64,000 bases of DNA, taken from the NCBI GenBank assembly GCA_019694975.1, contig JAIBAY010000002.1:197252-261251 (forward strand). The letters run 5' to 3'. Source of the DNA: Chitinophagales bacterium. Its GTDB lineage: Bacteria > Bacteroidota > Bacteroidia > Chitinophagales > UBA10324. Under the pieces are notes generated by a model. That model was not told the DNA's origin. It saw nothing but the letters and a program-made list of their open reading frames with translations, and made no database searches. The stretch's first letter is position 1; the number at the start of each line of letters is the position of its first letter. The position numbers and the translations under genes were made by a program. Shown in pieces: positions 49,452-61,445 of this stretch.

Positions 49452-49985
49452 TTAATTCCGGATGACGAGTGTGCCGGCAATGATATCATGCAAGCCCTGT
49501 TTCTTTTCAGTGAAGATGATCATGACGTAGCCGATACCAAACATCAATCCGGATAATATTTTGGCAAAGTAGCGGCCGGTGGCATTCAGGAATGAAATCC
49601 TGTTCCCGTTCATATCAGTGACTTTTATGCCGGCTGCCAGTTTTCCGAGTGTGGCCTGCCGCGAAGATGATTCCATCAAAGCATAATATAACCAGCTAAT
49701 AGCAACTGCTATCACGATAAAGGTGGAATAGGCCGCAATCAAACCCGCGATCAGCGCAAACTTTGCCCCGTCATCAAGGTTTTCAAAGTTGGAGAGGTCG
49801 GTGACCCTGCTCATGCCGAAGACACTGATGCCGAAGATAGCCAGCATGGGCAGAATCACCACAAAACTGATGAAACCCACAACGAGCCGGTCGATGAAAT
49901 ATGCTACAAAACGAAGGAGGAATCCGGCATGATTGACCGGTAAAGCTGTATTGCCTTGCACGTTATGTGTGTCGATGATTTCCAT
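49452..49985 (-). CDS. RDD family membrane protein
   Basis: ..FLLRFVAYFIDRLVV.. and ..RQATLGKLAAGIKV.. with three TM segments. Confidence 0.75.
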   Translation of the reverse strand: MEIIDTHNVQGNTALPVNHAGFLLRFVAYFIDRLVVGFISFVVILPMLAIFGISVFGMSRVTDLSNFENLDDGAKFALIAGLIAAYSTFIVIAVAISWLYYALMESSSRQATLGKLAAGIKVTDMNGNRISFLNATGRYFAKILSGLMFGIGYVMIIFTEKKQGLHDIIAGTLVIRN

Positions 49986-50060
49986 GAGTATTTGGTTTTA
50001 TGGAAACAAGATACACTTTACCGCGTTGCCTTCAATGGGTACTTATGCAGCCGGTCTCTG

Positions 50061-50927
50061 TTATTTCACTTCGAGGAGTTCAACATCAAACACCACCACA
50101 GCATTGGCTGGTATAGCACCCTGTGAGCGGCTGCCCCAGGCGAGTGAAGAAGGAATGATCAGCGTACCGCTGCCACCGACATTCAGCAAGGCAATTCCTT
50201 CATCAAAACCCTTTATCATCTGACCTGCGCCGAGCTTAAATGACAATGGAGTATGTCCGGGACTTAACGATGAATCGAATACCTTTCCATCGAGGAATTT
50301 ACCGGTATAATTCACCGAAACTGTTTTGCCGGCTTCGGCTTTGGCACCTTCGCCCTGTTTATCGATTACATAGTATAATCCGCTGGGAGATTTTTGGGCT
50401 TTCAGGCCTTTGGAGGCCAGATAGTTCTCAATGATCGTGACATCCTTTTCCGATTGTGCTTTTGTTTCTTCCGCTTTCTTCCTGTCGTATTCATCTTTGG
50501 TCATCATGGATAATACGTTCACATGAATCTTTACAAACTCACCCGGTTTTGCAAAAGGTGGCATTTCCTGTCCCTTATATGCTGAATCCGACTGCATCAG
50601 GAATATAGCGCTGTCGCCTTCACCTAACAAGGTAAAGCCCTCCATTGGATCACCATTAAAAGTAGGCGGGCTGATAGTGAATTGCACAGGCCCCATCTCT
50701 TCCTGGTAAGTTGAAAACAACACTGAATCCTTTTGGGTAAGGTATTCCAGATTCATTTTGATGATGTCGCCCTGTTTGCCTTTTGGCTTTTTGCCATCCA
50801 CAATAATTTTATAATACAAGCCGCGTGTGGTCCGCTGATAACCATCTGTAAGTTTGCTCTGCGAGAAAGCAGTAGTGCTTACCAGCAACAGCACTGCAAG
50901 ACCGGCAACACCTGATTTCATACTCAT
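50061..50927 (-). CDS. FKBP-type peptidyl-prolyl cis-trans isomerase (periplasmic)
   Basis: C-terminal FKBP domain ..VSVNYTGKFLDGKVFDSS..FKLGAGQMIKGFDEG....IPSSLAWG... Confidence 0.85.
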   Translation of the reverse strand: MSMKSGVAGLAVLLLVSTTAFSQSKLTDGYQRTTRGLYYKIIVDGKKPKGKQGDIIKMNLEYLTQKDSVLFSTYQEEMGPVQFTISPPTFNGDPMEGFTLLGEGDSAIFLMQSDSAYKGQEMPPFAKPGEFVKIHVNVLSMMTKDEYDRKKAEETKAQSEKDVTIIENYLASKGLKAQKSPSGLYYVIDKQGEGAKAEAGKTVSVNYTGKFLDGKVFDSSLSPGHTPLSFKLGAGQMIKGFDEGIALLNVGGSGTLIIPSSLAWGSRSQGAIPANAVVVFDVELLEVK

Positions 50928-51015
50928 TTTAGATTTGGCTTTTTAGCTTTTAAATGATAACCCAGCAGATTATGCTGATTGTTTAAATTAATTGACCATG
51001 CAAACGAGGTGTCAG

Positions 51016-51867
51016 TTATTTCACTTCAACCAGGTGAATGTCGAATTCAAGTGGCGAATTAGGCGGAATATTTGGTCCGTTGCCCTGTTCTCCATAGCCA
51101 AGAGGTGATGGTATCAGCAATTTACCTTTGCCGCCTGCTTTAAAATATGGTATGCCTTTATCCCAACCTGCGATTACCGAGGCTTTACCAATCTGAAACT
51201 GATAGGGTTGTCCGCCGGGACGCATGGATGAATCAAAAACATTACCATTCAGCAGCCTTCCTGTGTAATCAACCCGTACCACGCTTCCATCAACAGGCTG
51301 CTTACCCGTGCCTTCTGTTTCCATCACTACATAAATTCCATCCGGTGTCTTGATGCCTTTCATACCTTTCTGTGTCATATAATCTTCTATAATCTTTTGT
51401 TCCAGTTTGAGCTGACTGGCAGATTGTTCCAGCATCATCTTGTTATAGTCATCCTGTGAAAGCACTTCATCTACCGTAATATCCAGCTTCATAAAATCAC
51501 CTGACTTCAAAAATACAGGCGGATTTCCCTTGAAGATAAGGTTAACAGGCACCTTGCAGGAAACACTGTCACCGGCGCCCATCATAGCCAGCACCTCCAG
51601 CGGATCGCCTTTAAACTTTGGCGAGTCAACCATGCTATAGAGCGGGATATTTTTATCTCTTGTACTGAGAAACAGAGAGTCATTCATCTTCCTCCAATAA
51701 ACATTGTATTTGATCACCTGTCCTATCTTAGCTTTCGGCTGTTGCTTGTCTGTGATGATTTTATATTCCAGCTCGTTGGGGCTTTTTTTATAGTCGCTCT
51801 GCTCCGAGCAGGAAACTATGGCCACAGTGACTGACAGCAACACAAGTAACGAGGTAATTTTATTCAT
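51016..51867 (-). CDS. FKBP-type peptidyl-prolyl cis-trans isomerase (paralogue of the adjacent gene)
   Basis: ..VRVDYTGRLLNGNVFDSS..FQIGKASVIAGWDKG..IPSPLGYG... Confidence 0.85.
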   Translation of the reverse strand: MNKITSLLVLLSVTVAIVSCSEQSDYKKSPNELEYKIITDKQQPKAKIGQVIKYNVYWRKMNDSLFLSTRDKNIPLYSMVDSPKFKGDPLEVLAMMGAGDSVSCKVPVNLIFKGNPPVFLKSGDFMKLDITVDEVLSQDDYNKMMLEQSASQLKLEQKIIEDYMTQKGMKGIKTPDGIYVVMETEGTGKQPVDGSVVRVDYTGRLLNGNVFDSSMRPGGQPYQFQIGKASVIAGWDKGIPYFKAGGKGKLLIPSPLGYGEQGNGPNIPPNSPLEFDIHLVEVK

Positions 51868-51869
51868 GT

Positions 51870-52880
51870 TTATGGTCTGTTGAGTTGATTTTTGAGGGGC
51901 GCTAAGATAGAAATTAATTTTTCGCGGGTCTCAGCGACAGTAAACGCTGAACGTCCACCGGCTGCATTTTTATGGCCACCGCCTGAAAAGTTAATATGTG
52001 CCAGGTCATTCACATCAAAGGTGCCCTTGGAACGGAATGACAGCTTTACTTCATCAGGGCGTTGTATGATTAATGCAGAAAGCCTGATGCCTTTGATCCA
52101 TAGCGGATAGTTTACCACGCCTTCGGTATCGCCCGACTGAATGTGAAACTTTTTGAGGTCGGCTGTCTCCAGGCAGATGATGCCTGTCTTCAGTTCTTTA
52201 ATGATCTCGAGTTTTTCACGAATGCAGTACCCAAAGAACCGGAGCCTGTTTTCAGTAAATGTTTCGTACACCTCTTCATAGATCTTAGTGTGATTGATAC
52301 CCAGTTCCAGTAATGCTGCTGCAATACGATGTACTGACGGAGATGTGGTGGGAATACGAAAACGGTCGGTATCCGTGAGGATGCCTGTATAGATACAAGT
52401 GGCAATATCTTTTGTAATCAGTTGCTTATCGTTGAAGCTGCAGATAAAATCAAACAGCAACTCCGCGGTTGAACAGGCCGCGGTATCCCAAAACATATAA
52501 CTGGCAAATTCATCCGGTTCCAGGTGATGGTCAATGAGCACCTTCGCGGCGGCAGACACTTCAATCAGTTTGCCCAGCTCTTCAAGCCGGTAGAGTTTAT
52601 TAAAGTCAAGGCAAAAAATAACCTCAGCCGATTCAACGAGCTGTTTTGAGCGGAGCGGTTCCTTTTCATAGATCACCACCTCTTTATTGCCCGGTAGCCA
52701 GCTGAGAAAATCAGGATACTCTGTTGGCGAGATAACGGTGGGTGAATGCCCTTTTAACAGTAGATAATGATACAAAGCCAGCGATGATCCCATGGCATCT
52801 CCGTCCGGGCGCTGGTGTGTGGTGATGATAATCTTACGTGGAACTGAAAGCAGTAGATTCAGTTCATCAGGCTGGTTCAT
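51870..52880 (-). CDS. DHH-family phosphoesterase (NrnA-like oligoribonuclease / pAp phosphatase)
   Basis: ..HQRPDGDAMGSS.., ..DHH.. and C-terminal GGGHKNAAGG (DHHA1). The stop lies 2 nt before the downstream FKBP start. Confidence 0.85.
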   Translation of the reverse strand: MNQPDELNLLLSVPRKIIITTHQRPDGDAMGSSLALYHYLLLKGHSPTVISPTEYPDFLSWLPGNKEVVIYEKEPLRSKQLVESAEVIFCLDFNKLYRLEELGKLIEVSAAAKVLIDHHLEPDEFASYMFWDTAACSTAELLFDFICSFNDKQLITKDIATCIYTGILTDTDRFRIPTTSPSVHRIAAALLELGINHTKIYEEVYETFTENRLRFFGYCIREKLEIIKELKTGIICLETADLKKFHIQSGDTEGVVNYPLWIKGIRLSALIIQRPDEVKLSFRSKGTFDVNDLAHINFSGGGHKNAAGGRSAFTVAETREKLISILAPLKNQLNRP

Positions 52881-52989
52881 TCAAAAAAAGCTGCGCGAAG
52901 GTCAGTAAAATTTATTTGCTGCCAAAATATTACTGTTAACGCCGGAAGTTTACTTTTGCCGCCAATCTATCAGAAAAAACCAATCACAA

Positions 52990-53409
52990 ATGAAAGGCAA
53001 CAGAACCCTGACCATCATAAAACCTGATGCGGTACAAAACGGCAATGCTGGCAACATCATCCAGAAAATTACGGATGCCGGATTTAAGATTGTGGCTATG
53101 AAATATACCCATCTTACCGCTGCACAGGCCGGCAAATTTTATGAGGTACACAGTGCAAGGCCATTTTACAACGACCTGGTGACATTCATGACTTCCGGAC
53201 CCGTGATTCCGATGATTCTTGAGAAGGAAAATGCCGTGGAAGACTTCAGAACACTGATTGGCGCTACCAATCCTGCCAACGCAGCAGAAGGAACCATCCG
53301 TAAAGCCTATGCTGAATCTGTTGAACGCAATGCTGTTCACGGCTCCGATTCTGATGAGAATGCGGCTACGGAAGGCAGCTTTTTCTTTTCAGCACTTGAG
53401 CGGTTCTGA
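52990..53409 (+). CDS. ndk: Nucleoside-diphosphate kinase
   Basis: ..[11 protein letters not shown].., ..NAVHGSDS.. (active-site His). Confidence 0.95.
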   Translation: MKGNRTLTIIKPDAVQNGNAGNIIQKITDAGFKIVAMKYTHLTAAQAGKFYEVHSARPFYNDLVTFMTSGPVIPMILEKENAVEDFRTLIGATNPANAAEGTIRKAYAESVERNAVHGSDSDENAATEGSFFFSALERF

Positions 53410-53510
53410 GTGAATCATTACCATGTTATAAGTCAGGCTGAATAATGAAAGTTGGGCATGAACTTAAGAATATAGCTACAGCATAACCGCTGCTTGCTGA
53501 CTTATTAGAA

Positions 53511-53632
53511 GCTATCTTAAAATACCTGGATTCATCCTGTCATGATTGATCGGGAACAGCATCTCTTCTATTCATTGACGGATGCCGAAATAAATTCGGC
53601 ACGACAGCATTGATTGCCTGTTTTGAGATGAC
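53511..53632 (+). repeat. Intergenic structured repeat, copy E (long-P2 subtype)
   Basis: gctatcttaaaa..ttttgagatgac arms (two U-G wobbles when read from the + strand) and an intact P3 tgccgaa-ataaa-ttcggca. It abuts the stop codon of the CoA-binding gene. Confidence 0.75.
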
Positions 53633-53634
53633 TG

Positions 53635-54006
53635 CTAATATTGTCCCGTGCCAAGCAATACCAGGGTACAGGCTTCTGTCACTTTAATTCCATTGTCTTC
53701 CGCCAGCTTTGCCAACTCTTCATTTTCTGTGCCCGGGTTAAAGATGATCCGTTCAGGATGCAGGCTTAGGATATACTCATAGTACTGTTGCTGTCTTTTC
53801 GGATTCAGGTATAAAGTAACTGTGTCAACATTTTCTACCACAGGATGATCTGTTACTATAGGCACGCCTGCCACTTCCCCCTGTCGTATTCCAATTGGCA
53901 GCACTTTATGGCCATGCTGTACAAGCCGGTTCACAGCAAGATAAGCATACCTTGAAGGGTCAGCAGAAGCGCCGAGCAGCACGGTAAATTTTTTCTCAGT
54001 ATCCAT
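53635..54006 (-). CDS. CoA-binding protein (YccU-like)
   Basis: 123 aa. ..FTVLLGASADPSRYAYLAVNRL..GHKV.PIG.. pattern. Confidence 0.8.
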   Translation of the reverse strand: MDTEKKFTVLLGASADPSRYAYLAVNRLVQHGHKVLPIGIRQGEVAGVPIVTDHPVVENVDTVTLYLNPKRQQQYYEYILSLHPERIIFNPGTENEELAKLAEDNGIKVTEACTLVLLGTGQY

Positions 54007-54226
54007 TTGGTTGTGTTACCGGTTAAATTTACAATTTCCTTTATTCATGCATTAGTTATCGCGCATATGGCCACTTAGCCTTCCCACTCATATAGCGGCA
54101 TTTCAATTATTGAACGAAAACTGATGTTGGTCGTAAATTCCGGAGTATTCAAATAAAATACAATAAGTGTGGAAAAACGTAACCTATTATCCTTTTTTTC
54201 CGTAACGGTATCAAACACCTTTATCG

Positions 54227-54523
54227 ATGGCTGAAGTCTACCCTGTTATCCCCAAGGAAGAACTGCCCCATGTAATCTTCCTGAAAAAAGAAGTGCTTGA
54301 ATGCCCTGAAAAGATAAAAGCCCGTGCAGAAAAACTCAACCGGGCGGTTTTACAGGGGCGATGTTTTTATCAGAAAGCGGATTTGTTAATCGCTACCGAA
54401 GACGGCCTGATTATGGTACATGCCAACGTTTGGGAAGCAACCGACCTCAATGTGTTACTGATGGGCGGCATAGCTATTCCAGTTTGCTGTATCAGGGAAG
54501 TAAATGTTGAATCGGTTAACTGA
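54227..54523 (+). CDS. Hypothetical protein
   Basis: 98-aa ORF with no recognisable motif. Confidence 0.35.
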   Translation: MAEVYPVIPKEELPHVIFLKKEVLECPEKIKARAEKLNRAVLQGRCFYQKADLLIATEDGLIMVHANVWEATDLNVLLMGGIAIPVCCIREVNVESVN

Positions 54524-54663
54524 GTAACATAGTGGGTTAACGGCTATTGGTAATGCCGGCCGCCCGGCAATGGGCTCTGTTAATAAAATAACAGGCGAGC
54601 ATCTTCCATAAAAGACGCCCGAGCTGAGCCTTACGATGTAGCTCTAAAATTTCGTCCAGTCTA

Positions 54664-55383
54664 TTACCACCCTGAAGCAAGCACATCAGCAATATGCATT
54701 GTTTTAATAGACGCATTATGCTTTTTGATGTAACCCTCCACGTGCATCAGGCAGGAAGTATCAGTCGCTATAATATATTCAGCGCCACTTGACAGTGCAT
54801 TGGTCATCTTTTGTTCTGCCATGGCGGCTGAGATATCCGGGAACTTAACGGCAAAGGTGCCCCCGAAACCACAGCATGTTTCCGCATGTTCCATCTCGCG
54901 CAGTTCAAGGCCCTTCACATTGGCGAGCAAGGTGCGCGGCTCCGACTTTATCCCACATTCGCGAAGAGCGCCACAGGAATCATGGAAGGTGGCAATACCG
55001 TTAAGCGTGGCGCCGAGATCCGTCACATTCATCACCTTTACCAGGAACTCTGTAAACTCGTATGTGTTTTTTTGAAGTTGCTTACATTCATTATGCAAAG
55101 CGGAATTGTCGAACAGGTCGGAGTAAAAATTACGGACAAATCCTACGCAACTGCCGCTGGGCGCCACTACATAGTTATAATCGGAAAAATCGTGGATAAA
55201 TTTCTCGCATACCGTTCGTGATTCATTCCAGAAACCGGCATTGAAAGCGGGTTGACCGCAGCAGGTCTGCGATGGATTGTAATGCACATCACAGCCCACC
55301 TTCTCCAGCACCTTAACCATATTAAACGCGGTTTGTGGATACAACTGATCCATAAAGCAGGGTATGAATAAACTGACTTTCAC
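54664..55383 (-). CDS. (Fe-S)-binding CCG-domain protein, LutA-like
   Basis: MKVSLFIPCF.DQ..P plus two cysteine-rich CCG motifs (..CCGQP.., ..CCGFGG..). Confidence 0.85.
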   Translation of the reverse strand: MKVSLFIPCFMDQLYPQTAFNMVKVLEKVGCDVHYNPSQTCCGQPAFNAGFWNESRTVCEKFIHDFSDYNYVVAPSGSCVGFVRNFYSDLFDNSALHNECKQLQKNTYEFTEFLVKVMNVTDLGATLNGIATFHDSCGALRECGIKSEPRTLLANVKGLELREMEHAETCCGFGGTFAVKFPDISAAMAEQKMTNALSSGAEYIIATDTSCLMHVEGYIKKHNASIKTMHIADVLASGW

Positions 55384-55631
55384 GATGTTCCTTTGAAATT
55401 CGCGGCTAAAGTAGGCATATCAGCTGTTTATTTATCATCCGGCAAACCTGAATTATGCACGTATGGCCAATGAGTTGTTAGGTTACTGAAGCAGCATAAT
55501 GATTCTTCACAGTACATACAGACGCTTTCATTTCCCGCGTGCTTAATAAATTTCGATGTGCTGCTTCGGCCTGTAAAAATTTATCTTAGCATTATCATCA
55601 ATAAACCAATCCGCCGATTCCAGGTTAGCCG

Positions 55632-56513
55632 ATGCTGTGCATTCCTTTTCTACTCACAACCTTTTTATTTTTGCACGCCCTCTTTGCAAACACTGCGGAT
55701 AGTACTATGTCACCACCTTCCGGTTCTTTTATCGAAATACAACATTACAGCAAGGGACAATATGCCGAAGTTAACGGGCTGCAGATGTACTATGAAATTC
55801 ACGGGGAAGGATATCCGCTTGTGCTGATTCATGGCGGGGGTTCCACCATCAATACCTCTTTCGGAAGAATCATTCCGCAACTCGCAACATCTCATAAAGT
55901 GATTGCCGTGGAGATGCAGGCACATGGGCATACAGCCGACATCAACCGGCCTTTGTCGTTCAGACAGGATGCAGATGATATAGCGGCATTGCTGCATCAT
56001 CTGCAGATTGGGAAAGCTGACATCTTCGGATTCAGTAACGGAGCAAGCACTACGCTTGAGTTTGCCATCAGGCATCCTGATATGACGAATAAAATTGTCG
56101 TTGCCTCCACCTTCTATAAAAAGTCCGGAGCACCGGATTGGTTCTGGGACATGATGAATCATCCGGCATTTGAGGATATGCCACAGGTGTACAAAGATGA
56201 ATTCCTGAAGATAAACCCGGACACACAGGCACTGCATCGCATGTTTGACAGAGATACAGCGAGAATGCTGTCATTTCCGGAAATACCGGATGAACGGATT
56301 GCATCTATCACAGCACCGGCATTGATCATCATTGGCGAGAAAGACGTTGTAACACCTGAACATGCCAGGGAGATGAATCGGTTGATTACCGCTTCAAAAC
56401 TTTTAATACTGCCCGGTGGTCACGGCGAATACATTGGCGAAATAACTTCACCACAGGTTCCGGTGATTATTGACTCAACGGTAAATATCATACTTGGCTT
56501 CCTTGCAGAATGA
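55632..56513 (+). CDS. Alpha/beta hydrolase
   Basis: ..PLVLIHGGGST.., nucleophile elbow GFSNGA and C-terminal ..GGHG... Confidence 0.85.
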   Translation: MLCIPFLLTTFLFLHALFANTADSTMSPPSGSFIEIQHYSKGQYAEVNGLQMYYEIHGEGYPLVLIHGGGSTINTSFGRIIPQLATSHKVIAVEMQAHGHTADINRPLSFRQDADDIAALLHHLQIGKADIFGFSNGASTTLEFAIRHPDMTNKIVVASTFYKKSGAPDWFWDMMNHPAFEDMPQVYKDEFLKINPDTQALHRMFDRDTARMLSFPEIPDERIASITAPALIIIGEKDVVTPEHAREMNRLITASKLLILPGGHGEYIGEITSPQVPVIIDSTVNIILGFLAE

Positions 56514-56690
56514 GCGGTAAAACAGATGACTAATTAAGGCGATTCCCTGCACCGATGCAATTGTGGTAAGGCTGACAACAAGTCTTCCGGATAAAGAGAA
56601 TTGAATATTTTCGGAATGAAAAAAGAGTAACAGTTGACAATTCATACCCGCTTACCAAGTTGCAGGTAATTTCAAAAAATCAGATTAAGC

Positions 56691-57137
56691 ATGAAAAAAA
56701 ATAATCATGAAGCTGTAATGAAAAAGACACCTGATAATTTGTATGCACAAACATTCTATCATGGTACAAAAGCCAGCCTGCAGCAGGGTGACCTGATTGA
56801 ACCCGGTTTTAATTCCAACTATGGCAGCAGGAAGAGAGCTTCATTTATATACCTTACCGCAACCTTAGATGCCGCTACTTGGGGTGCTGAACTTGCACAG
56901 GGAGAAGGACGCGGCAGGATTTATATTGTTGAACCAACCGGCCCGATTGAAGATGATCCTAATCTGACCGATAAGAAGTTTCCGGGCAATCCCACCAAAT
57001 CATACCGCTCGCGACATCCGCTGAAGGTTACCGGTGAAGTTGTTGACTGGAAAGGTCATTCGCCAGAAGCACTCCATGCCATGCAGGAACACCTCCGGCA
57101 ACTGAAGGAACAAGGAATTGAAGCAATTGAAGATTAA
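56691..57137 (+). CDS. arr: NAD(+)--rifampin ADP-ribosyltransferase
   Basis: FYHGTKA.., ..LDAATWGAELAQGEGRGRIYIVEPTGPIEDDPNLTDKKFPGNPTKSYRS.. closely matches the Arr family as I recall it from the mycobacterial and integron proteins. Confidence 0.9.
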   Translation: MKKNNHEAVMKKTPDNLYAQTFYHGTKASLQQGDLIEPGFNSNYGSRKRASFIYLTATLDAATWGAELAQGEGRGRIYIVEPTGPIEDDPNLTDKKFPGNPTKSYRSRHPLKVTGEVVDWKGHSPEALHAMQEHLRQLKEQGIEAIED

Positions 57138-57155
57138 ATAAAAGGAGATTGTGCT

Positions 57156-57713
57156 ATGACCAGGCGAAAGAATATACAAAGCATTTCCAGCATTGTGACA
57201 ACGTGCATGCTATTCCTCTTCTGCATGCAACTGGTGAATTACCCCTTATATGGACAAAGGGTGATTCCGACAACCGATTCTCTAATATTCACCGGACAAG
57301 TCCTCCACCCTGTTGCATTCAGGTTAGCTGATCTTGACACTTCCCCCACGAATCATATCAGCTACCTGATCATCTATAACCAATACGGTGAAATAAAAGA
57401 TACACTGAAAGGTATGAAAGGTATTCCACTGCCAGCATTGCTTGCCGTTGCAAAATACATGTATGATAACCCCATATCCCTCAATTAATTTTACTTTGTA
57501 TTAATCGCTTCTGATGGTTACAAAGTTGTATTTAGCCGGAATGAAATCTATACTACAAGTATTGGCAACAGCTGTTTTATTCTTACCGAGATGGGAGGAA
57601 AAAAACTCATTGACCTTGACCAAAGGATATTATTTATTTCAGCAGCGGATATGAAGTCAGGGAGAAGATATGTCAAAGGTCTTCAAAAAATCGAAGTCAG
57701 GCGTGTGGAATGA
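57156..57713 (+). pseudogene. Exported Oxidored_molyb-like (molybdopterin-binding-domain-like) protein interrupted by one in-frame TAA
   Basis: The ORF 57156-57488 ends at TAA 57486-57488. The same frame stays open to TGA 57711-57713, reading FYFVLIASDGYKVVFSRNEIY..KGLQKIEVRRVE, and has no start codon of its own near its 5' end. Confidence 0.5.
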
Positions 57714-57931
57714 TGCATCCTTTACGTGACTGCATAAAGCTATTCAGCCGGATGTATCATCCTGAGAGTAAATCCACATGCCGTTATTCTTCTGTGGTCA
57801 CCAACTTTCCAGTAATAAAACAAAAGCTCATCCCGGCTTTCCACCGCTGCAATAAATAAACCATCAACTTAAAAGTATAAATTCCTAAATAAGAATTATT
57901 ATCTTTACGGAATTATCATTAGTCAGTCAAG

Positions 57932-58348
57932 ATGTATGACAATATCAGGACACTGCTGAAAGAAAACGGACTAAAGGTAACTCCGCAACGTGTTGCAATT
58001 TTCGAAGCTATCGTCAGCCTGAACAATCATCCTACCGCAGAAAATATCATTGACTACATCAGGCGCAAGCATCCTAACATTTCTGTGGGCACCGTTTATA
58101 AAGTATTGGATTCCCTGGTGGAGAGGCAATTGCTGAAGCGGGTAAAAACTGAAAAAGATATCATGCGTTACGATGCAGTCTTATCTCATCACCATCATTT
58201 GTATTGCGCGGAAACAGATCGAATAGAAGATTATGAAGATGACAGGCTGAACGAACTGATCAACGCCTATTTCAAGAAAAACAAGATTAAGAATTTCAGG
58301 ATACATGACATTAAACTGCAGATCACAGGCAGATTCAACAATCACTAA
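57932..58348 (+). CDS. Fur-family transcriptional regulator (PerR-like, upstream of katG)
   Basis: ..LKVTPQRVAIFEAI...HPTAE.I.. winged helix; ..HHHHLYC..; 138 aa, ending 15 nt upstream of katG. Confidence 0.85.
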   Translation: MYDNIRTLLKENGLKVTPQRVAIFEAIVSLNNHPTAENIIDYIRRKHPNISVGTVYKVLDSLVERQLLKRVKTEKDIMRYDAVLSHHHHLYCAETDRIEDYEDDRLNELINAYFKKNKIKNFRIHDIKLQITGRFNNH

Positions 58349-60559
<2,211 letters not shown>

Positions 60560-60600
60560 GGTCGGCTGGCTAACAACTGTATTGTAGCATCCTTAAACAG

Positions 60601-60640
60601 AAAACCGGAAAGAGCCGAGATCTCTTTCCGGTTTTATTAT
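60601..60640 (+). terminator. Rho-independent terminator after katG
   Basis: 14-bp stem aaaaccggaaagag/ctctttccggtttt followed by a T-rich tail. Confidence 0.7.
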
Positions 60641-60802
60641 TAATCGCATTTGTATTTCCGCTTACCTGATTGTGATGTGCAATGCAACCTCATATGTCGC
60701 TGACAGATTCAGCCAACATACACCCTGATGTGGAAGGTTGAGGGGATTATGCATGTGTTTAATAACTTTACGCTCAGCCATATAAATTAATAGGCAAAAA
60801 AG

Positions 60803-61261
60803 ATGCGCCTGTTCATCAATCTTCTGCTGCTCTTAGTGATTGCTGCAACATCCTGCAAAAAAGATACTGCCGGAGAACCTTTGGTGAATACCATAAGCGG
60901 CGATTACAAGGGATTGCTGCTCTCAGTAACCTATCAAACATATACAGGAATCACCACTATTGATACTTTGCAAACTGATCTTACTGTTCAATGCACTTAT
61001 AACAACATTGATTCTCTTTACTTACACTCTTCAGAAGCCATCTTTAATAACAAGGTATTGGCCGAATCAGTTATTGCTGATACCGGCAACGCACACTACG
61101 GAGATGATAAGTCATTCTTCAAAGAGCCGTCGCCGGCTGACACCAGATTTTTCTACCTTGGATATAATCAAACAGCAGTAGACAGCATATTTATCAATTC
61201 CTATCTGCCTCCATCAGGTTCCTGGAATACACAACTGTATTACTATGGCAGGAAAATGTGA
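60803..61261 (+). CDS. Lipoprotein, function unknown
   Basis: Lipobox ..LVIAATSC; 152 aa. Confidence 0.45.
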   Translation: MRLFINLLLLLVIAATSCKKDTAGEPLVNTISGDYKGLLLSVTYQTYTGITTIDTLQTDLTVQCTYNNIDSLYLHSSEAIFNNKVLAESVIADTGNAHYGDDKSFFKEPSPADTRFFYLGYNQTAVDSIFINSYLPPSGSWNTQLYYYGRKM

Positions 61262-61445
61262 GCCATAACCATTTGCGCTTGCTCCTGCTTCGTTGCCGCT
61301 ATTCTAAATTCCATCAGCAACTTCAGAATTGATCCTGCTGCTGTTTCCTGTGCAAAGCGAGTTGGTTGTCCCATGTTTATGGTATTGAATTCCGCAGTGT
61401 GCATGCCAATATTTGTGCATTGATAATTCACCTAAACATTAACTC

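Noticed and set aside
55710-56237. 175-aa ORF antisense to the alpha/beta hydrolase.
   Set aside because: It is a shadow ORF. The sense strand carries clear hydrolase motifs.
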